DNA of 63,645 bases, counting the filler, from Octopus bimaculoides (Eukaryota), in NCBI RefSeq assembly GCF_001194135.2. It is 7 parts of 5 records of this genome, joined end to end, with 100 filler letters (N's around TTAATTAATTAA, not from the genome) between each part and the next. Parts side by side here need not be neighbours in the genome. Positions count along the whole stretch, not along the records: positions 44,662 to 54,005 come from NC_068981.1; positions 54,106 to 63,645 come from NC_068981.1; 5 more parts are not named here. One strand, 5' to 3'. A program made the translations under genes and the position numbers. The notes under the pieces are model-generated. The model saw only the letters and a program-made list of their open reading frames with translations, made no database searches and was not told the DNA's origin. Positions 48,871-61,588 of the stretch are shown one piece after another (within the stretch, counting starts at the first letter, position 1; the number at the start of each line of letters is the position of its first letter).

Positions 48871-50499
48871 GAAAGAAGGTAGTAGTGTAACTTTGGCTGT
48901 CGGCAATTAAAAAAAAAAAGCTTGGTTATAAGCTTGGTTTCAATTATACATAATTATTTCTATTATCTGTACTTCTACATCTTACCGTTAATGCAAATTT
49001 TTCACTTTTCTTCCGAAGCAAAAGGAAGTTTTCCTGACAATGATTTCTTGCAAATACTAATTTTAATACTTCATCGTGATTAACTACGTGGTAGGTAAAA
49101 TAGGTATGCTTTCACCGAGGAAAGAAAAAATATCTGTTACAACCACCGAGATTAATTGTTACGTAATGTTACGTCTCTCTCTAGATCTATACGACCTTTG
49201 CATCATTACATAATTTTTGTCGCTCAACCCACTCTGTGAACTAAAATACGAGTGAAATACTGGGCTCGTTAGTATCGACAAAACCCTTTTCTCAAAGTTT
49301 TTGGGCTTGTAGCTAAATTAGAAACCATTATTTCAATTATCAGATGTAATTAGACAATATCGTAAGATATCGGTTTTCAATGTGTCTTTAAGGAGAAATT
49401 ATGGTTAAAATACAGTACATTGAAGTTTCCATCGTCAAGTAAACCTTAGGAATTTAATTTGATGGGGTTGACTTCTGTTTTATATGTTATTTTCTCGTCT
49501 ATCTCTGAGTGAATGAGTGACTGAATAGTGATGAGTAGGTATTTCTGAATGGTTTATCAGTTATAAGATGCTTCCTCATACACGTTAGAGCTGTAACTAT
49601 ATTTCAGATTATTTCTGTTGAGTAATTTTTCTGTATTTATGATTAATAAGCAAATACTTATGAAGGAGGGTTGCACACTTTGAGTAGCCCCTGATTTTGG
49701 AAATCGAAATATTGTGATCAGAATGGGGCATCACGCATATGCGCGCGCACGCACAAACACACACATGCATGCATGCAGAAGCACAAATAAGCAATAGTTT
49801 CAATGTTATTATGGTTTTATCATCGTCATCTTTGAGATAATTTCCATCGTTGTCATTGTTGCCATCGTTGTCATCGTCACGGTCTTTCCTATCGTTTCAA
49901 ACCATTACAAGTATTGTCTTCGTTGTTATCCTCCTCCTCCTCATCATCATCATCCTCCTTCTCCTACTCCTACTCCTCATCTTTCGTCACGTGTTTGAGT
50001 TCAAATCCCTCTGTGACAGACTTTGATTTTCATGAATCAGTCGATACCAATTCTTATGAAATCGTACCTAAGAGTACAAAATTAGTATATTTTGTCAATA
50101 TGAGAAACCGATACTATATTTTACGTATATTAATACAAGACCTCGAATGTATAAGTACACCGTAGTGCATAAATGATATCTAACAAAAGGAGCCTCTACA
50201 CAATTACTCGACTTATAGGAAATAACAGCCAAGTTTTTCACAAATCACATGGTACATCTTATAGAAAAAAAATACAAATAGGATAAGCCCTAGATACATT
50301 TATTTCCGAAAAACATACCGGAATCTATACCTGAGTTGCTTTTGATCCTATACCTGCAGAAGAATCAAATCTCTACAAGTGGTATTTGCCCATAACACAA
50401 TTAGGCTTGCATCTTACAGTCTCAGCCACCGTCTTCGTTCTCCAACATACGTTGGTTATTGGAGTCTCCTGCATTGTAGTTTTTAGTAAAGTGTAGTTA

Positions 50500-50700
50500 T
50501 AATTGTTTTCTAATCTGGAGCTTGGGCAAACATTTTGAGGGGAGGGAGAAGTCGATAACATCGATCCAGTGCTCAACTAGTACTTATTTCACCGACACCG
50601 AAAGGAAGGAAGATAACGTCGACATGAACGGTATTTGAACCGAGGACGTAAAGAACCGAAAGATAAGCCGTTACGGTAACGATTCTGCCAATTCGCTGCC
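50500..50700 (-). mobile_element. SINE family 2, degenerate (similar relics at ~49975-50090, 51012-51090, 52280-52460, 53195-53320)
   Basis: GTCGATAACATCGATCCAGTGCTCAACTAGTACTTATTT..CGAC.CCGAAAGGA...ATTTGAAC..AG.ACGTAAA...GATTCTGCCA. Confidence 0.65.
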
Positions 50701-50807
50701 TACATTGTCGTACAATGAATGAAATGTAAGAGTAGTCAATTGTAATAATGCAATAATAAATGCAGTTAAAATATAGTGTAGGTGAATGGTATACAACATG
50801 ATCTAGA

Positions 50808-50960
50808 TCAGGGGTTCTCAACCGGGTTCTATATGCCCCCTATAGGATCCATATAAGACTTTGCTGTTAAAATTTATCAGCAGTAAATCAGGTATACTTC
50901 TACAATGCTCAAAATACTTTATCAATATCTTTATACAAATCGAATCTCATGGCTGGCTTG
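50808..50960 (+). mobile_element. Possible hAT-type MITE end
   Basis: Begins CAGGGGTTCTCAACC, a common hAT TIR start. No matching right TIR seen. Confidence 0.3.
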
Positions 50961-51993
50961 TAACGAATTTTTCTGCAATATATGGATAGTTTATCCTGTT
51001 CGTGCTATTAAGGCGGTGAGCTGGCAGAAATGCTAGCACGCCGGACAATAATTCTCAGCAGTATTTCGTGTGCCGTTACATTCTGAATTGAGGGCCACCT
51101 TCTGAATACAATGAATAGATGTACGGCCAAATGTGATCCAACTGTAATTATCCTTTATTGCATTTCATTTTTTTTTCTAGACACAATATTCGTAAGACAA
51201 CTTTATTTCATGTACACTTCATTTTTAAGGCGCAAGGTGTGAAATGAGTGAGGTCTCATTGATGTTTTTAGCAGGTCAAGCAACTATGTAGAGGCTCCTA
51301 CGTTCATTAGTGTCGGAAGGCATTGCTGCTATTGGTCAAGTAAATGTTAAATTAGTACTCAGCACTGAATATTAATCCAATATTCCAATGTATTCATATA
51401 GACTTTGATTTGTTCGTTGTGTAGGGTTTCGGTCATTTCATCTGTCCCTGCTGGAGGGTATGAACATGCGAGATCAATGAGGATGGAAAGGGGGTGGGGG
51501 AAAAGGTGAATTAAGAAAAGGAAAAGGAAGAGGGTGAAGATGATGATGATGTCGACGACGAAGACGACGACGATGAGGATAATTCATGACAATTTATTAA
51601 TTCATGTTGTTAATTTTGCTGATGACAAAGATGATGATACTGCTGATGATGATTGTGGTTTGTGATGATGATGAGGATAATAATGATGATGATGATGATT
51701 GTGGTTTGTGGTGAGGATGAAGATGACGGTGGTGATAATTAGCAGAAGGGATCGATGGAAGTCAACAACGGTACTGGTGGATGTGTTAACGCTTTATATT
51801 GTACATTTTATTTGTAATACTATTTATAGTTTGTCACAAAGGACGTAGAATGGGCTGGCGTCTTTATGGTTAAGGAATCCGCTTCTTAATCACGTAGTTC
51901 AATGCTCGATCCTACTGCGTGACACTTTACGCTAGTGACGTGTATGAACGTAACCAAGAGTTGAAGATATTTGCCAGACAGAAACTCCCGTCG

Positions 51994-52092
<99 letters not shown>

Positions 52093-53349
52093 TGCTGGGG
52101 TTATTCGCTGTTACTACTCTGAGTTTGTTTGCGGAGGTTTTTCATAGATCATGCAGCTTAAGACTGTACTTCAAAGCACAGGATATAAGACAAAGTTTCG
52201 TGATATGAGCGTCAATTATAACGCAGATTCGCCATTTTTTTAATTTTATCTTTATAAAATATCATTTGGAAAAATTATCATATTGGTTTCAAATTTTGGC
52301 ACAAAGCTAGCAAATACATCGTCTCCAATGCTCAACTGGTACTTATTTTATGAACTTCAAAAGAATGGATGACAAAGACGGCCTCGGTGGAATTTGAACT
52401 CAAGACGTAAAAAATGTAGGTAAACATTTTACCCCTGCATACTAACAATTCTGCCAGTTCTTATAATGTCAAATTATTATATTTTACAAAATGTGCGTGC
52501 TTGTGTCTGTGGCTTCAACAGAATAGTACAAACGTAAAATGAAAATAAAGATGAAAAAAGGACTTTACGAACAAAATGACAGCCGAGTACAGGAGTCGGT
52601 TGAAACGCCTACCACTACTACAAGCACACACATACATACATACATACATGCGTGCACGCATACATACATATATACTGACAGACAGACCCTGTTGTTGATG
52701 CTGAAATTCCAATGAAGGAGCCTTGGATCTAGGTTAGAAACCGGTTCTTTCTCTATTGGCGATAAATCTTGGAATAAAATTGAATAATAACATACATACA
52801 AATACAAATGTGATGTTTTATATCAATGTTAGTTATGGCTTTATTTGTTATAGGATTCTTTCAACGTGGAAGCGGTTATATCGGCTGAAAATGTTATGAC
52901 AGCTAACTGCATAAAGCGGTTTTAAGCCACAGCTTTAAAAAACACTTCTTTTGCAGGAGGCACCCCCAGTGACACTTAAAAGACAATTTCACATTTTGAT
53001 TTTTTTCACATATTTCATCACATATTACTTTACAGAGCAAAAATCAAATGGTATTGCAGAAGCAGAAAATATCATTTTTCTTTCTTTTTTTACTGGATAA
53101 TAAATATCATTAAAGGAATAAGTATGAAATTTAATTACGCAGGAGAAAAGGGGTTAACGAGGTAACAATTTGAAGATCTTTTAAAGTTCCGGATAAAATT
53201 CCTCGGGATATTTGCTCCAGCACTCTACGCTTTAAGTTCAAACCACACCGACGTCAAACTCTCGTTTCAACATTTACTGACGACAAACCGAAAGCCAACT
53301 CGATACTAGATTCCAGTTCACTTCTCTTTATCCTTCTCTCTTTCCTTCA

Positions 53350-53382
<33 letters not shown>

Positions 53383-53408
53383 AGACACACACACAAACAT
53401 CAACATAC

Positions 53409-53805
53409 AGGTGCAGGAGTGGCTGTATGGTAAGTAGTTTGCTTACCAACCACATGGTTCTGGGTTCAGTCTCACTGAGTGGTACCTCGGGCAAGTGTCT
53501 TCTACTATAGCCTCGGGCCGACCAAAGCCTTGTGAGTGGATTTGGTAGACGGAAACTGAAAGAAGCCGGTCGTATATATGTATATATATATGTATGTGTG
53601 TGTATATTTTGTGTATCTGTGTTTGTCCCCCAACATCGCTTGACAACCGATGGTGGTGTGTTTCGGTCCCCGTAACTTAGCGGTTCGGCAAAAGAGACCG
53701 ATAGAATAAGTACTAGGCTTACAAAGAATAAGTCCTGGAGTCGATTTGATTCGACTGAAGGCGGTGCTCCAGCAAGGCCGCAGTCAAATGACTGAAACAA
53801 ATAAA
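53409..53805 (+). mobile_element. tRNA-derived SINE family 1, full length
   Basis: AGGTGCAGGAGTGGCTGTATGGTAAG...GGGTTCAGTCTC...GCCTTGTGAGTGGATTTGGTAGACGGAAACTGAAAGAAG...GGCGGTGCTCCAGCAAGGCCGCAGTCAAATGACTGAAAC. Confidence 0.92.
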
Positions 53806-54106
53806 AAAAAAGAGAAGAAAAAAAATGAACACACATATTAACACAAACAAACACGGAATCAGCTATATGAAAGGGCCAAAAACCAACGTTCCCACCACAG
53901 TCCCTTCAAATGCTCCTCCGCAATTCTGAACAGAAAAGAAAGAAGCTATTTAATATGTTGATATGTTGCTTTAATACAGAACGTTTTGTCTTTCCGACTC
54001 ACACANNNNNNNNNNNNNNNNNNNNNNNNNNNNNNNNNNNNNNNNNNNNTTAATTAATTAANNNNNNNNNNNNNNNNNNNNNNNNNNNNNNNNNNNNNNN
54101 NNNNNG

Positions 54107-54308
54107 TCTATGTGATCTCAAATTTTAAAGCAAACACATAATTTTGTTATGGTTTCTTAAACATTCACTTGAACAAAACTGTACAAATCCAAATATATGG
54201 TACCCTAGGCATAACACCTACATGAACTTCTAACTTGTTGTCTCTTGAGGTCCCTGGGTGAGACTTGGATCCAACTTGTACAAATGCAAAACAAAAGTCA
54301 AACATAAA
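54107..54308 (+). mobile_element. R4/Dong-like 3' UTR
   Basis: Near-identical to 56735-56936; ends AAAGTCAAACAT then (AAT)n. Confidence 0.88.
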
Positions 54309-54332
54309 ATGATAATAATAATAATAATAATA

Positions 54333-55812
54333 AGCCATACAAATATTTAGGAGTCAATGAACTAGATAGGATACAACACACATAAATGAAAGAAAGAATA
54401 AAGAAAGTGTACTATAGGCGAGTTAGATCCATACTAAAAACAGAGCTCAATGCTAGAAACAAGATAATAGGTATTAACACTTTAGCTGTTCCAGTTATAA
54501 GCTACAGCTACAACATCCTTAACTGGACACTAAACGAACTATGTAAAATAGACAGGAAAACAAGAAAAATAATGACAGGATATATGATGCACCACCCACA
54601 ATCTGACATAGAAAGGCTATATATACAACGCACGGAAGGTGGCAGGGGTCTTATACAGCTGGAAAACTATTATAAAATAACCACCATAGGACTGCAAAAA
54701 TACCTACTCCAGAAGCAAGGAAAACTAATACAAATCGCCACAAAACACGAGCAAAACAAAGAACTGTTTTCAGTATTTAAGTAAGCTGACAAATACAAAC
54801 AAGAAATCATACTACCTAACAAATACGAAGACGAAGAAGAAGAAACAACAAAAGCTATAAAACAAATGAAATCCAAACTAAATCTAGAACAGCAACGGAC
54901 CATGATAAAACGATGGCAAGGAAAGCCCCTACATGGTAAATACTAGGCTAAACTAAATGCAAAAGAAATAGACAGAGAAAAATTCGAGCAATGTTTGAGA
55001 AGCTCAGGACGCAAAGCAGAGACTGAAGGATGTTCAATTGCTGCACAAGAACAAAGCCTCCCCCCAGAAATTACGAAAACCATATAATGAAAAGAAACAT
55101 AACAAGTAACTGTAGAATATGTGGAGATGGACAAGAAACAATAAATCATGTTATCTCTGACTGCCCAGTCCTGGCTAAGAAGGAATATATTCACAGACAC
55201 GACAGAGCTGGGACCTATATACACTGGAATAAATAACTGGAATTTATAACTGGAATTTATGCCAACACTATGGAATAACAACAGAAAAAGGTTGGTATAA
55301 ACACACACCAGAAAAGGTCACAGAAAACGAAAAAGCAACCATACTCTGGGATATGCCAATACACACAGATAGAGAAATTAAGGCAAATAGACCAGATGTA
55401 GTTTTCAAAGATCATGAAGAAAAAAAATGCTTTCTAATTAATGTATCAATACCAGCAGATGACAACGTTTCCCTAAAATAAATGGGAAAACTTTCAAAAT
55501 ACAAAGACCTGGAAATAGAGTTAACTCGAATGTGGAATCTAAAAACAGAAACAATTCATATCATAGTAGGTGCCTTAGGTATAATAAAAAATATTCAGAC
55601 AAATACATTACAAAAACATCAGGACTTATAAATATGTATAACATACAGAAAATTGCACTACTGGGCACTGCTGCACACATCCTACGCAAAACGCATTCAA
55701 TACAGTAACCATAAGAGCATCACAACAAACCACAGCACATACCCAAGGCACACAGAGCTGTGCTCGGTAGTGAAGTGAAAGCACGTTATAAAATTATAAC
55801 TACTGAACAATA
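54333..55812 (+). mobile_element. R4/Dong-like element, 5'-truncated (thumb, CCHC, RLE, 3' UTR)
   Basis: YKYLG..MKERIKKVYYRRVRSILKTELNARNK...HHPQSDIERLYIQRTEGGRGL; CRICGDGQETINHVISDCPVLAKKEYIHRHD; REIKANRPDVV. Flanked by (AAT)n. Confidence 0.92.
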
Positions 55813-55820
55813 AAAATAAT

Positions 55821-55867
<47 letters not shown>

Positions 55868-55888
<21 letters not shown>

Positions 55889-56934
55889 GCGAATAATGCA
55901 GATATTGACAAAGCCCTTACCCACCAATGGTTAATGGCCTCTGGCTTGAAATCAGAAACAGAGGGGTTTATCATAGCAGCCCAAGACCAATGCCTACCTA
56001 CAAAGAACTACCAGGCCAACATATTAAAGAACGGCAGCTCCCCATTATGTCGTATATGCCAACAATAAAATGAGACCATCGATCATGGTGTCTCCATGTG
56101 AAGTCTGCTTGCGCCTACAGAGTATCTCAACAGGCATGATAGAGCTGCACAATATATTCACTGGGTAATATGNNNNNNNNNNNNNNNNNNNNNNNNNNNN
56201 NNNNNNNNNNNNNNNNNNNNNNNNNNNNNNNNNNNNNNNNNNNNNNNNNNNNNNNNNNNNNNNNNNNNNNNNNNNNNNNNNNNNNNNNNNNNNNNNNNNN
56301 NNNNNNNNNNNNNNNNNNNNNNNNNNNNNNNNNNNNNNNNNNNNNNNNNNNNNNNNNNNNNNNNNNNNNNNNNNNNNNNNNNNNNNNNNNNNNNNNNNNN
56401 NNNNNNNNNNNNNNNNNNNNNNNNNNNNNNNNNNNNNNNNNNNNNNNNNNNNNNNNNNNNNNNNNNNNNNNNNNNNNNNNNNNNNNNNNNNNNNNNNNNN
56501 NNNNNNNNNNNNNNNNNNNNNNNNNNNNNNNNNNNNNNNNNNNNNNNNNNNNNNNNNNNNNNNNNNNNNNNNNNNNNNNNNNNNNNNNNNNNNNNNNNNN
56601 NNNNNNNNNNNNNNNNNNNNNNNNNNNNNNNNNNNNNNNNNNNNNNNNNNNNNNNNNNNNNNNNNNNNNNNNNNNNTGGCTGAAGTTCAAAAGATAGTGC
56701 TCATGGGAACTGCCCATATCCTACGTAAAATACTGTCTATGTGATCTCAAATTTTAAAGCAAACACAATTTTCTTATGGTTTCTTAAACATTCACTTGAA
56801 CACAACTGTACAAATCCAAATATATGGTACTCTAGGCATAACACCTACATGAACTTCTAACTTGTTGTCTCTTGAGGTCTCTGGGTGAGACTTGGATCCA
56901 ACTTGTACAAATGCAAAACAAAAGTCAAACATAA

Positions 56935-56936
<2 letters not shown>
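55868..56936 (+). mobile_element. R4/Dong-like element, 5'-truncated (family of the 7.3-10.8 kb copy), contains a gap
   Basis: ASGLKSETEGFIIAAQDQCLPTKNYQANILKNG...CRICQQ*NETIDHGVSM..EYLNRHDRAAQYIHW; GTAHILRKILSM. Flanked by (AAT)n. Confidence 0.9.
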
Positions 56937-56991
<55 letters not shown>

Positions 56992-56992
<1 letters not shown>

Positions 56993-58420
56993 GGCATGAT
57001 CCCACACTCAGGGATAAGTGAATATTTGAGTATACTCAGTATAGCAGGACCCCAACCAAGGGCAGGAGTAGCAAGATTATACGTACCTAGGCGAAGAATG
57101 GTAATATACGAAAACTGCCTGAAGTTAGTTAGTGTAGATATAGACTACTATGTAGTTAATAGTGAAGAAAGTTTAATAAAAGTTACTTGAGTCACAGCAA
57201 GACATGGGTAATTCAAAAATAACTATCCCAAAGATAGTAGCGGTAAATACTAATAGTGAGACATCGTTATGGTTGCAGAAAAGAAAGCTGAATATGGAGG
57301 CAGACAGTTTGTTAGTAGCTGTACAATATCAAGGATTAAGGACTAATTGGATAAAAGTTGTTGGCACTCCGTCGCTTACGACGTCGAGGGTTCCAGTCGA
57401 TCCGCTCAATGGAACAGCCTGCTCGTGAAATTAACGTGCAAGTGGATGAGCAATCCACAGACACGTGTACCCTTAACGGAGTTCTCGGGGAGATTCAGCA
57501 TGACACAGAGTGTGACAAGGCTGGCCCTTTGAATTACAGGCACAACAGAAACAGCAAGTAAGAGAGAAAGCCGTTGTGGAAGAGTACAGCAGGGTTCGCC
57601 ACTATCTCCTGCCGCAGCCTCGTGGAGCTTTAGGTGTTTTTCGCTCAATAAACACTCACAACGCCCGGTCTGGGAATCGAAACCGCGATCCTATGACCGC
57701 GAGTCCGCTGCCCTAACTACTGGGGCATTGCGCCTCCACAATTGGATAAAAGACAACATAGATAAAAACCAAATAGATTCCTAATGTAGATTATGCAAAT
57801 CAAAAGAAGAAAGTGTTACTCACATAGTAAGTGAATGTAGCATGCTGGCACAGAAAGAATAAAAGAAAAGACATGACAATGTAAAGAGAGCAATCAACTG
57901 GGAGCTATGTAGAAACTAGGATTTGAACATACTGATAAATGATATGAACATAAACCTAGTAACATATTAGAAAGTAGTAAATGTTGTGGGACTTCAACAT
58001 TCAGACTGACGGAGTAATAGAAGCTAGAAGGCCCGACTTCATAGTAGTAGAATAAAATGGACCAGATAATTGACATTACAGTTCCAAATGATGACAAAAT
58101 TATTATGAGATCTATAGAAAAAATAGGAAACTACCAGACCCTAGCTATTGAAATATAGACACTTTGGAAAGTGCGGGTAACATGTATCCCAGTAGTTACA
58201 GGTGCATTGGAGACTATCCCTAAACGCCTGAACAGATGATTATAGGGTGTAGTCATAAAACCCTGTTTAGTAAAGTTGCAGAAAACTGTTCTTAGGGACA
58301 GCTAGGATATTTAGGAGGGTTCTTTGCATCTAAGATTACTGGCTGTAACCCAATAGAAGGGTTCTTGACATTTGAGTCTACTTGCTGTAGCCTGAAGTTA
58401 GGATTTTGTTTACTTTTCCA
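56992..58420 (+). mobile_element. R4/Dong-like element, degenerate, interrupted by a SINE
   Basis: ARLYVPRR, EADSLLVAVQYQGLRTNWIK, CRLCKSKEESVTHIVSEC, KLQKTVLRDS. Flanked by AAT-type runs. Confidence 0.75.
57358..57739 (-). mobile_element. SINE family 3 (tRNA-derived), full length with 13-bp TSD
   Basis: Head GTGGAGGCGCAATGCCCCAGTAGTTAGGGCAGCGGACTCGCGGTC...GGTTTCGATTCCC; tail CGTAAGCGACGGAGTGCCAACAA; TSD AATTGGATAAAAG at 57345-57357 and 57740-57752. Confidence 0.92.
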
Positions 58421-58502
58421 ACATTCTAATCTGTTGAGTGTATATGAATGTAACAATAACAATAAAAATGATAATAAAAACAACAGCAACAACAACAACA
58501 AC

Positions 58503-58598
<96 letters not shown>

Positions 58599-58639
58599 AA
58601 GAAGAAGAAGAAGAAGAAGAAGAAGAAGAAGAAGAAGAA

Positions 58640-58765
58640 GAGACTAGCGAAGTACTCTAGGATTTTCCAATTCAAACAGATCAGGTGCTGCAGCATAAGA
58701 GACGGGACCTAGTGGTGGTCGACAAGCTGCAATATATGTGATATATAGTTGATATTGCATGTCTC
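58640..58765 (+). mobile_element. Short R4/Dong-like RLE fragment
   Basis: KVL*DFPIQTDQVLQHKRRDLVVVDK...IVDIAC, directly after (AAT)n(AAG)n. Confidence 0.65.
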
Positions 58766-59329
58766 TTTTACCCACAAATATGTGCGTGTCTGAATATATA
58801 TGCACATATATCTATGGAAGTATTATCGACCGCACATTCTCAGTTTATGGGCCCGACGTTTCACTGCGTATAGAGCTTTGGGGATGAGTCTTTCATAGCA
58901 TTGTGTGCTAAGGTACCTAAAAGTCATTCACAGGTCAGATAACCTGTTCTCAGTCCATTCAAATGTGTTGGATACCGATATTTCGCTACTTCTGTGCTTT
59001 ATCAACATCGCATACCCGAATCGAACCATTGACGTTTTGGATCATCAATCTCTGACTATATATTTATATTGTAACAAACATTTGCTGGTGTGCCACGATG
59101 ATGCATACGTAAAATTTAATTCAGTTACGATTTACAAGCAGCGCTAGTGTTGTAAAATTTATCGGCCATATATACTCAATGTATGTTTTGCTTGTTTATG
59201 TGTGTGTGTGTTTATGTACATAAACAAAACACAGCAGGCGCCCTGACTCCACTTGACAGCCGGACTTCATCCAACAACTGCAGGCTCAGACGGTGGAAGA
59301 TCCGAGCTGGGGTCCTAGGTTTTGCCAAG

Positions 59330-59900
59330 AGAGAAGAATATTGGAGTCACCATCCAGAAGCAGTCCCTGAATTAGGACGTTCATAGCATTCGTACAAGAC
59401 GCACAAGGTACAAATTCTGAAACCCAATTACAAATTTCGTCACCCAACGGCTTGACAAAGGCAAAAAAAAAATCATGAAAAACCTGACACATCCTGTTCA
59501 CCCGGGGTGATCGTATTCTTCCCAGAGTAAAATTACTTCTGTCCGAGATAGATGCACAAAACCTAGAAGAACAGGTGGTTTCACTACGAACCATATACTC
59601 TTCCCTTCCACCAAAAACCGGTTTCATCAAACTGTGATGTTCTTCAGCTTTATCTCCAGCGAACGTGATATCATGCCGCCCCACATATCTGAACAGGGCT
59701 TTAAGATCGTTTCAGACGGCTATGTGAAGAATTTGGAGACAGTGATCAAACCCTGGTTGAATAGGGTCGGAGACTGAAGACCATGTGTGGCATTAAATTT
59801 CGGCTGTTAACCGTACCTTCAGAAAAAAGCAGACTTGTTTATTTGGCAATTTCTAGGACTAAATAAGCTTCAATTTCTGGGTTTCTAATTCTCCAGATAG
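59330..59900 (+). pseudogene. maT/Bmmar1-like (DD37D) transposase relic
   Basis: Plus-strand broken frames read SYKTHKVQIL, IVFFPE*NYFC..*MHKT*KNRW (FFSDEK..F...HN.QNDRW) and TKNRFHQTVMFFSFISSERDIMPPHISEQGFKIVSDGYVKNLETVIKPWLNRV. Confidence 0.7.
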
Positions 59901-60189
59901 TAATTCTGTGGATTAACGTACGGAGCACGCTAGATAAAGAAAACAAAACCGGAAGTATTCGAAAATCTTGCAAATAGCACGTTAAACAACTTAACGCTGC
60001 AGTAGAAGCTGAGAATGCCAACTATGAATTATCTGCCATCATGTTTTGGTTGATACTTTTTGATTTTGCATTGGATGTACAGCTTTCTCTCCTTTTATGC
60101 AAACTGCAAAATGTAGAGCGAAAACCCTGTAGGCATATGTGTGTTTGTGTGTGCGTGTGTGTACGTGTGTGTATGTGTTTGCGTGTGTG

Positions 60190-61195
60190 AATTGAATTGA
60201 ACTAGATTCAGCTGACGAGATGTGGCCGTGCTGGGGCACCGCCAGAAGTTCTTTTTAGAATTGGACATTTGATGCATGAGGGAGTTTGATGCGACTGCCC
60301 TCATTTCCACTTCCTGCTGTGAAGTTGGTTGGTCTGGGACTCTTGACAGTAAGAGATCCACAGATCCAATTTTATTTTGAAGGCCTCTCAGTTCCTTCGG
60401 AAGGATATTTAAGAGCCATGGGCCTTCAACGCCCATGTTATTGCAATATGGTCTTCTCTATTTTGATGGAAAAGTTGGAGTCTTTGATATTATACAGTGG
60501 CGTCCGGTTATAGTGCCAAAGTTTTGGAAAAGTCCCTCTAGGATATTACGGCATATTTTCCCGCACACTTTCCAGCGAATCAAGTCTCAATGATTTGAGT
60601 CTTTCCCCCTAGGTTATATGTTACATACAGGCTATCTTCTTCGGGTAGCTTAGCTTTGTTCTGCAGTACATTTCACACTGTTTGGTGACCATAGGTGGGA
60701 GCAATAGTCAAAGCAGATTAGGACAAATGTCCTGCAAAGACCATCATCGTTTCCTGATCACTCGTTCTAAAAGTTCTGAGAATCCATCCTGTTAGCCATC
60801 TACATTTCATTGCCTACTTAGCAACTTGCACAAAGAATGATGCATCATTTTTCATATAAAAGTAAAGAACTCATGTAAATGTCCAGGTCTTGCACTCTCT
60901 GTGTCTCTGTGATTGCAATCCGTCCAAGCTTTACTTGGTATTGCGTTTAGTTTTTCATGCTAATAGCTTGAGACTTTTCACCATTAAACTGCATGCCATT
61001 CTTCTTAGCCAATTTGCATATCACATCCAACTCACGTTGCAGGTGCATAGCGCCTTCAGATTTCTGTATAACCTGTGAGACTTTTGTATCATCTGCATAA
61101 GTTGTGATCGCAGCTCTCAGTTTAACTGAGCGCATATCTGATAGAGTCATTTTGAACAGTTGTGGCGCCAGAACAGTGTCTTTCAGACACATCTC
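60190..61195 (-). mobile_element. CR1/L2-type LINE, 5'-truncated, with 3' end
   Basis: VLAPQLF, TYADDTKVSQVI, LQRELD..W-position..NGMQFNGEK, and the C-terminus GPWLLNILPKELR...LLLSRVPDQP...RAVASNSL. The 3' UTR is GGCGGTGCCCCAGCACGGCCAC. Confidence 0.85.
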
Positions 61196-61549
61196 ACTAG
61201 TTTCGTGTCATGGGAGTTAGCCACATCGATTGGCTACTACTGTTTTCTAGAAGTCGTATAGCCATACTCCCTATTTCCCGACTGTGCCGAGATCACGCAG
61301 TTTACATACACACAGAGACCTACACACAAACATATATATGTATATATATATANNNNNNNNNNNNNNNNNNNNNNNNNNNNNNNNNNNNNNNNNNNNNNNN
61401 NNNNNNNNNNNNNNNNNNNNNNNNNNNNNNNNNNNNNNNNNNNNNNNNNNNNNNNNNNNNNNNNNNNNNNNNNNNNNNNNNNNNNNNNNNNNNNNNNNNN
61501 NNNNNNNNNNNNNNNNNNNNNNNNNNNNNNNNNNNNNNNNNATATATAT

Positions 61550-61588
<39 letters not shown>

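Noticed and set aside
52700-52755. CCAATGA...GAAACCGGTT with a small stem
   Set aside because: Two invariant core bases are wrong and there is no stem I. It is probably an interspersed repeat, but I cannot support a ribozyme call.
58849-58905. GAAACGTC-GGG on the minus strand (HHR-like 3' half)
   Set aside because: No convincing CUGANGA or stem I upstream.
59615-59647. CTGAAGA...GAAACCGGTT hammerhead-like motif on the minus strand
   Set aside because: It lies antisense within maT transposase coding sequence, stem I does not form and the stem II register is off; most likely chance.
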